Assembly: GCA_037442485.1 (NCBI GenBank)
Contig: JBBIQE010000006.1
Coordinates: 1 to 47,845 of the forward strand
Direction: 5' to 3'
DNA from: Candidatus Methylomirabilis sp.
GTDB lineage: Bacteria; Methylomirabilota; Methylomirabilia; Methylomirabilales; 2-02-FULL-66-22
Length of the DNA stretch: 47,845 bases
Shown here: positions 39,294-47,845 of the stretch, one piece after another
Numbering within the stretch: position 1 is the first letter of the stretch
Layout: each line of letters begins with the position of its first letter
Position numbers and translations under genes: made by a program
The notes under the pieces: model-generated
What the model was told of the DNA's origin: nothing
Seen by the model: the letters and a program-made list of their open reading frames with translations, nothing else
The model's database searches: none

Positions 39294-39369
39294 GCCTCCC
39301 GGGCTTCCCGTCGCCGACCCCACGGTCCGGCCGTGGGGCCCCGGCGGACGGGGGAACGAGGTCTGCCCG

Positions 39370-40920
39370 ATGAAACGCGAGATCATCGTCAACTCCTCCC
39401 TGGTCGAGACCCGGGTGGCCGTCATGGAGGACGGCACCCTGGTCGAGCTCCTCATTGACAACGCCCACTCCCAGAGCCTGGCCGGCAACATCTACAAGGG
39501 CCGGATCCTGAAGATCCTGCCGGGGATGCAGGCCGCCTTCGTGGACATCGGCCTCGCCCGGGACGCCTTCCTCTACGTCCGGGACATCTACGAGGAGGTG
39601 GAGGAGTACGAGGAGCTGCTCGCCCTGGACGGCGAGGACAGGCAGGGCGAGGCGCCCGACCTGGAGGCGCCGCCCCCGCGCCGCGGGGAGCGGCGCCGCC
39701 GCCCGCGGCGGCCCTCCCACGCCTCCATCGAGGAGCTGGTCCAGGAAGGGCAGGAGGTCCTGGTGCAGGTGGCGCGGGAGCCCCTGGGCACCAAGGGGGC
39801 CCGCATCACCTCCCACGTGACCCTGCCGGGGCGCTACCTGGTGTACATGCCCACGGAGTCGCACGTGGGCGTCTCGCGCAAGATCGAGGACGAGGCGGAG
39901 CGGTCGCGCCTCAAGCAGATCATCGAGGAGATCAACGTCCCGCGCGAGGGGGTCATCGTCCGGACCGCGGGCGTCGGGCGCTCCCGGGCGGAGATCCAGG
40001 CCGACTTCGAGTTCCTGCGCTCGACCTGGCGCCAGATCCGGGCCAGGGCCGAGGCCCTCAAGGCCCCGGCCCTGGTGCAGAAGGACCTGGATCTCATCTT
40101 CCGCATCTTCCGCGACCTGATCACCCAGGAGGTCACGCGGCTGGTGGTGGACTCGGCCGTCGAGTACGAGCGCTGCCTGGAGTACACCGAGTCGCTGTTC
40201 CCCGAACTCCGCCAGCTCCTGTTCCTGTACACCGAGGACGAGCCCATCTTCAAGAGCTTCGGCATCGAGAAGGAGATCGAGAAGGCCCTGCGGAGCAAGG
40301 TGTGGCTCAAGTCCGGCGGCTACCTCGTCATCGAGCAGACCGAGGCGCTGGTCTCCGTGGACATCAACACGGGCAAGTACGTGGGCAAGCACGACTTCGA
40401 GGAGACCATCCTCAAGACGAACCGGGAGGCCGCCAGGGAGATCGCCCGGCAGGTCCGCCTGCGGGATCTCGGCGGGATCATCATCATTGACTTCATTGAC
40501 ATGGCCCGCCAGGAGAACCGGGACAAGGTGATGGCCGACCTCAAGGAGGCGCTCAAGGCCGATCGCTCCCCCACCAACGTGTCCTTGCTGTCGGAGCTGG
40601 GGCTGGTCGAGATGACGCGCAAGCGCGTGCGGCAGGGCCTGAACCAGGCCCTCAGTCAGACCTGCGCGGCCTGCGGGGGGCTGGGGTGGGTGCGCTCCAC
40701 CGCCTCCATCGCCCACCAGGCGCTACGCGAGGTGGAATGGCGCATGGCGCGCAAGGGGCTGCCTCGGGTCAAGATCCGGGCCGCCCCCGACCTCACCGAG
40801 TGGATGAAGGCCGAGGAGGCCGAGATCATTGAGCGGCTGCAGCAGAGCCTGGGCGGGGAGATCGAGCTGCTCCCCGAGGAGACCTACCCGCCCGGGAAGT
40901 ACTCGCTGCTGGAGGGGTAA
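39370..40920 (+). CDS. rng: Ribonuclease G/E family endoribonuclease
   Basis: 516 aa from ATG 39370. S1-domain motif NIYKGRILKILPGMQAAFVDIG. Catalytic-region motifs GGIIIIDFIDM and LSELGLVEMTRKR. The ORF-track extension to 39091 overlaps the radical SAM gene. Confidence 0.92.
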   Translation: MKREIIVNSSLVETRVAVMEDGTLVELLIDNAHSQSLAGNIYKGRILKILPGMQAAFVDIGLARDAFLYVRDIYEEVEEYEELLALDGEDRQGEAPDLEAPPPRRGERRRRPRRPSHASIEELVQEGQEVLVQVAREPLGTKGARITSHVTLPGRYLVYMPTESHVGVSRKIEDEAERSRLKQIIEEINVPREGVIVRTAGVGRSRAEIQADFEFLRSTWRQIRARAEALKAPALVQKDLDLIFRIFRDLITQEVTRLVVDSAVEYERCLEYTESLFPELRQLLFLYTEDEPIFKSFGIEKEIEKALRSKVWLKSGGYLVIEQTEALVSVDINTGKYVGKHDFEETILKTNREAAREIARQVRLRDLGGIIIIDFIDMARQENRDKVMADLKEALKADRSPTNVSLLSELGLVEMTRKRVRQGLNQALSQTCAACGGLGWVRSTASIAHQALREVEWRMARKGLPRVKIRAAPDLTEWMKAEEAEIIERLQQSLGGEIELLPEETYPPGKYSLLEG

Positions 40921-41048
40921 GCGTCGTCGAGCGGTCAACCGGTCGAGTCGTGGGCTCTGTCATACCCAGGGCGGCGGATGCAGCGCGGACTGGAGAAAAT
41001 TCAGGAGGGTCTACAGGCGAGCGCCAAGAATCCGTGACGGGAAGGTGG

Positions 41049-41300
41049 ATGTTGCTGGAAGGGGGCGGCTTCGCGCAGAGATGGTCGGGCGGGAGCGCGA
41101 AGATCACGATCAACGTGGATGCCGACAGCTTGGCCACGCCGAAGGAATTGTCCGCAGACAGCGGCGTCCCGGTTCAGTGCCTCCTCCACCGCATCCGGAA
41201 AGCGCGCCCATCCCGGGCGGAGACCGTTCACCGGCACCTGGATCGGCTCGAGGCGGGACTGGCACGCTCCGATCCTTTGTACACTTGGGCTTCCACCTGA
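41049..41300 (+). CDS. Hypothetical small protein (weak ribbon-helix-helix-like N-terminal pattern)
   Basis: 83 codons from ATG 41049 (GGAAGGTGG immediately upstream). Third-codon positions are predominantly G/C, as in neighbouring genes. The segment KITINVDADSLATPKELSADSGVPVQ is loosely strand-helix like. No family recognised. Confidence 0.3.
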   Translation: MLLEGGGFAQRWSGGSAKITINVDADSLATPKELSADSGVPVQCLLHRIRKARPSRAETVHRHLDRLEAGLARSDPLYTWAST

Positions 41301-41418
41301 AAAGTCTCGGGTCGCATCAATGAACACGGCTACTTAGCCCATCTCCGGTACCAGGTACCGAGGCGAAAAACGGGAGGGGGCGATCTGCCCCTGCGGGCGG
41401 TCAGGCTGCCGGAAATGC

Positions 41419-41447
41419 TTGACAGTATGGGGCCCCCGTGCTATAGA
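41419..41447 (+). promoter_or_regulatory. Sigma-70-type promoter of the rplU-rpmA operon
   Basis: TTGACA (41419-41424), a 17-nt spacer, TATAGA (41442-41447). It lies about 125 nt upstream of the rplU GTG. Confidence 0.6.
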
Positions 41448-41571
41448 AAACTCCCCGTCTCGACGAGAGGCGGGCTCGTTTTTTCAGGGGGCTGGAAAAC
41501 TACCTCGGATTGCGGAGCTTCGGGGAGTTCAGCCCCGAGAGCGGCTGTCGCCTCGGAAGGAAGGAGTGGCC

Positions 41572-41883
41572 GTGTACGCCATCATCGAGTCAGGGGGGAA
41601 ACAGTACCGGGTCGAGCCGGGGGCCGTCGTGGCGCTGGAGCGGATCCCGGGCGAGGTGGGCAGCCGGGTCGAGCTGGACCGGGTCCTCCTGGTCTCGGAC
41701 GGCGCCACGGTGAAGGTGGGAACGCCCACCCTTTCGGGCGCCAAGGTGCTCTCGGAGATCGTGGCCCAGACCCGGGGCGAAAAGATCGACGTCTTCAAGT
41801 TCAAGCGGCGGAAGAAGTACCGCCGGAAGACCGGCCACCGTCAGGAGTTGACCAGGGTCCGGATCGCGGAAATCGTGGCATAG
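41572..41883 (+). CDS. rplU: 50S ribosomal protein L21
   Basis: 103 aa from GTG 41572 (GGAAGGAAGGAG upstream). Product starts [17 protein letters not shown] and contains [17 protein letters not shown]. Confidence 0.93.
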   Translation: MYAIIESGGKQYRVEPGAVVALERIPGEVGSRVELDRVLLVSDGATVKVGTPTLSGAKVLSEIVAQTRGEKIDVFKFKRRKKYRRKTGHRQELTRVRIAEIVA

Positions 41884-41920
41884 GACGCGACGGCGCGCAA
41901 CGCCGAAAAAAGAGGACGGT

Positions 41921-42175
41921 ATGGCACACAAGAAGGGCGTGGGCAGTTCGCGGAACGGGCGGGACAGCGCGGGGCGCCGCCTGGGAATGAAGGCCTTCGC
42001 CGGGCAGGTCGTGACGGGCGGCAGCATCCTGGTCCGGCAGCGCGGGACGCGGTTCAAGCCCGGCAGGAACGTGGGGATCGGCGGCGACGACACGCTGTTC
42101 GCCAAGGTGGCCGGCACCGTTGTGATCGAGCAACGGGGCGGCGACCGCTTCGTCTCCATCAGCCCCGCCAACTGA
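41921..42175 (+). CDS. rpmA: 50S ribosomal protein L27
   Basis: 84 aa, [22 protein letters not shown]... There is no N-terminal propeptide, which is consistent with the absence of a Prp/ysxB gene. Confidence 0.96.
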   Translation: MAHKKGVGSSRNGRDSAGRRLGMKAFAGQVVTGGSILVRQRGTRFKPGRNVGIGGDDTLFAKVAGTVVIEQRGGDRFVSISPAN

Positions 42176-42213
42176 CCGGATTCTCGATTGCGGAATGTCG
42201 ATTGTGGATTTGA

Positions 42214-44443
<2,230 letters not shown>

Positions 44444-44514
44444 CGAACGGGCAAGGGATCGGATGGGCCTGAGGGGTTGCGGGGATCGGGGACGGGGTTT
44501 TCGGGGGTGGCGGG

Positions 44515-45777
44515 ATGAGCGAGTTCGACATCCGGGCGATGGCCGAGGCCGCGCGGGCGGCGAGTCGCACCCTGGCGGGTGCCACCGGCGAGACGAAGAA
44601 CGCGGCGCTCCGCGCCATGGCCGCCGGGCTCCTGGAGTGCCGCCAGCGGATCCTGGCGGCCAACGCGGAGGATGTGGCGGCGGCCCGGGCCGAGGCCCAT
44701 CCGCCGGCCTTCCTGGACCGGCTGACCCTGACGCCCGCGCGGATCGAGGGGATGGCCCGGGGCCTCCGCCAGATCGCGGAGCTGCCCGATCCCGTGGGCG
44801 AGATCACGGGCATGTGGCGGCGGCCCAACGGCCTCATCGTGGGACGGATGCGGGTCCCCCTGGGGGTGATCGGGATCATCTACGAGTCGCGGCCGAACGT
44901 GACCGCCGATGCCGCCGGCCTCTGCCTGAAGTCGGGCAACGCCGTGATCCTCCGGGGCGGGCGGGAGGCCCTGCGGACCAACCGGGCCATCGCCGACATC
45001 CTGGCGGCCTCGGTCGCCTCGGCGGGCCTGCCCCCGGCCGCCCTGGCCATCGTGCCCACGCCCGAGCGGGCCGCGGTGAAGGCCATGCTCCAGCTGCACG
45101 GTCTGATTGATCTCGTCATCCCGCGGGGCGGGGAGGAGCTGATCCGCGCCGTCCGCGAGGAGTCGCGCATCCCGGTGATCGCCCACGAGAAGGGGCTGTG
45201 CCATACCTACGTGGACGCGACGGCCGATCTCGGCATGGCGGCCGAGATCGCCTACAACGCCAAGGTGGAGCGCCCCGGGGTCTGCAACGCCATGGAGACC
45301 CTGCTGGTCCATGCGGGGGTGGCGGCGGCCTTCCTGCCGGGCCTCATCGCGCGCCTCAGCGCGGCCGGGGTCGAGGTGCGGGGCTGCCCGAGGACCTGCG
45401 CCCTCGTCCCGGGGATCCGGCCCGCCACGGAGGAGGACTGGGACACGGAGTACCTCGACCTGATCCTCTCCATCCGAGTGGTGGAGTCCTTCGACGAGGC
45501 CCTCCAGCACATCGCCCGGCACGGCTCGGGGCTGGCCGAGGCCATTGTGACGGCCGACCATGGGCGGGCCATGCGCTTCCTGCGCGAGGTGGATGCCGGC
45601 GCCGTCTTCGTGAACGCCTCGACCCGCTTCACCGACGGCTCCGAGTTCGGCATGGGCGCCGAGATGGGCATCAGCACCCAGAAGCTGCACGCCCGGGGTC
45701 CCATGGGGCTGACCGAGCTGACCTGCCAGAAGTTCATCGTGCTCGGCGAGGGTCAGGTGCGGGATTCCCGGGCGTAG
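44515..45777 (+). CDS. proA: Glutamate-5-semialdehyde dehydrogenase (gamma-glutamyl phosphate reductase)
   Basis: 420 aa. The segment IIYESRPNVTADAAGLCLKSGNAVILRGG and the catalytic-Cys region RPGVCNAMETLLVH are typical of ProA. Confidence 0.95.
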   Translation: MSEFDIRAMAEAARAASRTLAGATGETKNAALRAMAAGLLECRQRILAANAEDVAAARAEAHPPAFLDRLTLTPARIEGMARGLRQIAELPDPVGEITGMWRRPNGLIVGRMRVPLGVIGIIYESRPNVTADAAGLCLKSGNAVILRGGREALRTNRAIADILAASVASAGLPPAALAIVPTPERAAVKAMLQLHGLIDLVIPRGGEELIRAVREESRIPVIAHEKGLCHTYVDATADLGMAAEIAYNAKVERPGVCNAMETLLVHAGVAAAFLPGLIARLSAAGVEVRGCPRTCALVPGIRPATEEDWDTEYLDLILSIRVVESFDEALQHIARHGSGLAEAIVTADHGRAMRFLREVDAGAVFVNASTRFTDGSEFGMGAEMGISTQKLHARGPMGLTELTCQKFIVLGEGQVRDSRA

Positions 45778-45802
45778 CCCCGGCCCGCTGCGCGGAGCGA
45801 CC

Positions 45803-46516
45803 ATGCGTCTCGGCATCATGGGCGGGACCTTCGATCCGATCCACCTGGGGCATCTGCGGGCGGCCGAGGAGATCTACTGGGCCTTCGGCCTGGATCGGAT
45901 CATCTTCGTCCCGGCGGCCCGCCCGCCCCACAAGGACGAGGTGGTGGTGGCCTCGGCGCTGCACCGGTACGAGATGGTCTCGCTGGCCACGGTCTTCACG
46001 CCCTACTTCACCGTGTCCTCCATCGAGCTGACGCGGCCGGGCAAGTCCTACTCCGTGGAGACGGTGCGGGAATTCCAGAAGCTGTCCGGGCCGGACGCCC
46101 GCCTCTACTTCGTGGTAGGGGTGGACGCCTTCCTGGGCATGTCCGCCTGGCGGCAGGCCCGCGAGCTGGTCGGGCTGGCCCGGGTCATCGTGACGGCCCG
46201 GCCGGGCTGGCGACTGGACGAGGTGGAGCGGCTGCTCACCCCCGAGCAGCGGCGGATCCTGGGCAATCCGACCTTCCGCTACCTGAAGATCGCCGATATT
46301 GATCCCGAGCGGGTGGAGCGGGAGTTCGAGCCCCGGCAGGTCCTCCTGGTAGAGGTGGTGTCGCTGGATATCGCCTCGCGGGAGATCCGGCAACTGGTGG
46401 AGCAGGGGCGCAGCATCCGCCACCTGGTGCCGGACACCGTGGCGGCCTACATGGCCAAGAACCGGCTGTACCAGGCCACCGGCTCCGGAGGCTCGCGGAC
46501 GCAGAAACGGTCCTAG
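45803..46516 (+). CDS. nadD: Nicotinate-nucleotide adenylyltransferase
   Basis: 237 aa. Motif GIMGGTFDPIHLGHL. Confidence 0.93.
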   Translation: MRLGIMGGTFDPIHLGHLRAAEEIYWAFGLDRIIFVPAARPPHKDEVVVASALHRYEMVSLATVFTPYFTVSSIELTRPGKSYSVETVREFQKLSGPDARLYFVVGVDAFLGMSAWRQARELVGLARVIVTARPGWRLDEVERLLTPEQRRILGNPTFRYLKIADIDPERVEREFEPRQVLLVEVVSLDIASREIRQLVEQGRSIRHLVPDTVAAYMAKNRLYQATGSGGSRTQKRS

Positions 46517-46542
46517 CCCCGCCCGGCGGCGGAGGGGACGCC

Positions 46543-46923
46543 GTGCCCGGCGCGGGCAGACAGCCTGGAGGGACGACCATAGACGCCATCGAGGTGGTCA
46601 AGCTTGCGGCCGATGCGGCGGCGACGGTCAAGCCCAGCTATCTGGCCATCCTGGACCTGCGGGGCCTGTGCACCTTCACCGATCTCTTCCTCATCGCCAG
46701 TGCCGGCTCGGCCCGGCAGGTGCGGGCCATCGCGGAGAAGATCGAGGAGCAGTTGGCGCGGGCGCGGGTACGGATGTCACATCGGGAGGGGACGGGCGAG
46801 GCGCAATGGATTTTGCTTGACTACCATGATGTCGTGATTCATATTTTCGCCGACCAAGCCCGCGAGTTCTACGATCTCGAGCGCCTCTGGGCGGATGCGC
46901 CGAAGCAGCAGTTGCTCGGCTGA
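46543..46923 (+). CDS. rsfS: Ribosome silencing factor (iojap-like)
   Basis: 126 aa, GTG start after GGAGGGG. Motifs DLFLIASAGSARQVRAIAE, WILLDYHDVVIHIF and REFYDLERLW. Confidence 0.9.
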   Translation: MPGAGRQPGGTTIDAIEVVKLAADAAATVKPSYLAILDLRGLCTFTDLFLIASAGSARQVRAIAEKIEEQLARARVRMSHREGTGEAQWILLDYHDVVIHIFADQAREFYDLERLWADAPKQQLLG

Positions 46924-47186
46924 CTCGCCCCGGGGGGCGGACGGGGCGGGTGGATGCAACCCGGCGTGGGGGGGCCGCGGCCCCTCACGTGACCGGCGGA
47001 GACATCGCGGGTACCGACACCGGCCTCGCGGAGGCGTGCGCACCGCAGAGCTTCCGCGAGGATTCGTATTTCCGGGAGCGCGAGGCGCCTCCCCCTCCCC
47101 GCGAGGGGCCAGGGCGCCGGCACCAGGACCGCCAACCGTCGCGGGGGTTCCTTGCCCGAACCACCCTGCCGCGAGAGGAAACCAGG

Positions 47187-47552
47187 ATGTCGCTCAAGGG
47201 ACCCAAGCTGGAGAAGTTCAAGCAGCGCCTGCTGGCCAAGCGGAAGGAATTGATCAGCGAGGTCCGCGGCAGCAACGTGGGCAGCCTCGAAACCAGCACG
47301 GATGGGATCCAGGACATCGCCGACCAGGCGAGTAGCGCCTACACCAAGGAGTTCCTGCTCTCCATCGGCGATGCCGAGCGCCGCATGCTCCGGCAGGTGG
47401 ACGAGGCGCTGGAGAAGATCCGGCAGGAGACCTACGGCCTCTGCGAATCCTGCGGCGAGATGATCAGCGAGCGCCGGCTGGAGGCGCTGCCCTTCGCCAA
47501 GCTGTGCATCTCCTGCCAGGAGGCGGAGGAGCGGGCGAAGGCCGCGAGGTGA
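47187..47552 (+). CDS. DksA/TraR family C4-type zinc-finger protein
   Basis: 121 aa from ATG 47187 (GAGAGGAA upstream). Coiled-coil N-terminal part, then CESCGEMISERRLEALPFAKLCISCQ. Confidence 0.88.
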   Translation: MSLKGPKLEKFKQRLLAKRKELISEVRGSNVGSLETSTDGIQDIADQASSAYTKEFLLSIGDAERRMLRQVDEALEKIRQETYGLCESCGEMISERRLEALPFAKLCISCQEAEERAKAAR

Positions 47553-47845
47553 CCCCGCGCGCCGCTGGCCGCCCATCGCCGGAGGCACGGCGGAGGCCCC
47601 GGCTGAGGGCCGCGCCGGCTCTCGGGGGTCCGGGATGCTCGGATCGAAAGGCTGGCACGCGCGCGACCCCGTAGCCGCCACTCGCATCTCGCCCGCCGCA
47701 CCGCCTCCCTCTGCAGCCGGGCCAGGCCCCGTGAAAGACATCCCGCATCCCGCCCGTCCCCCCGCGCGCCGAGGCAGCCCACACACGGCTCCCCGTTCGG
47801 CGGTGGTCGCGCTGCTGGGCGGGCCGCTCGTCACCCCGGGACCGG

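Noticed and set aside
47635-47845. Open plus-strand frame from ATG 47635 (or GTG at about 47731) running off the window end.
   Set aside because: It is Pro/Ala/Arg-rich with no recognisable motif and no clear SD. It may be the start of a real gene, but this cannot be supported from 70 codons.

Overview
GC-rich bacterial chromosomal window (roughly two-thirds G+C by eye, not computed). It is densely coding. I recognised no rRNA, tRNA, CRISPR array, transposase or integrase. Two long co-directional gene blocks diverge at about 33.4-33.7 kb.

Minus-strand block (153-33412):
- Nitrogen and amino-acid module: Asp/Glu-racemase-family gene, polar amino-acid ABC importer (ATPase, binding protein, two permeases), ammonium transporter, glnD, then aroE.
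- Type IV pilus locus in the Myxococcus/Geobacter-type order pilB-pilT-pilC-pilS-pilR-(pilins)-ABC transporter-pilD.
- Nested inside the pilus locus is an unusually large set of envelope glycosylation-type genes: a Wzy_C/O-antigen-ligase-like+TPR protein, an ArnT/PMT_2-like+TPR protein, three paralogous TMTC-like GT-C+TPR proteins, and a Dpm1/GtrB-like GT2 fused to a SAM methyltransferase. Several of these are joined by ATGA/GTGA start-stop overlaps.
- The first pilin has a textbook sigma-54 promoter with an IHF-consensus site and an upstream palindrome.
- A four-helix-bundle (23S-IVS/Avd-family) gene on the opposite strand, bracketed by 14-nt-period repeats, splits pilS from pilR.

Plus-strand block (33705-47552), mostly housekeeping: TauE/SafE permease, SDR, Rrf2 regulator, a 915-aa fusion of two uncharacterised radical-SAM families followed by RNase G, then rplU-rpmA-obg-proB-proA-nadD-rsfS and a DksA/TraR-type zinc-finger gene.

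Best candidate for an undescribed system: the pilus-embedded polyprenol-phosphate-sugar / GT-C+TPR module (153-15784).

All family calls rest on motifs read directly from the translations. No HMM, BLAST or folding run was possible.
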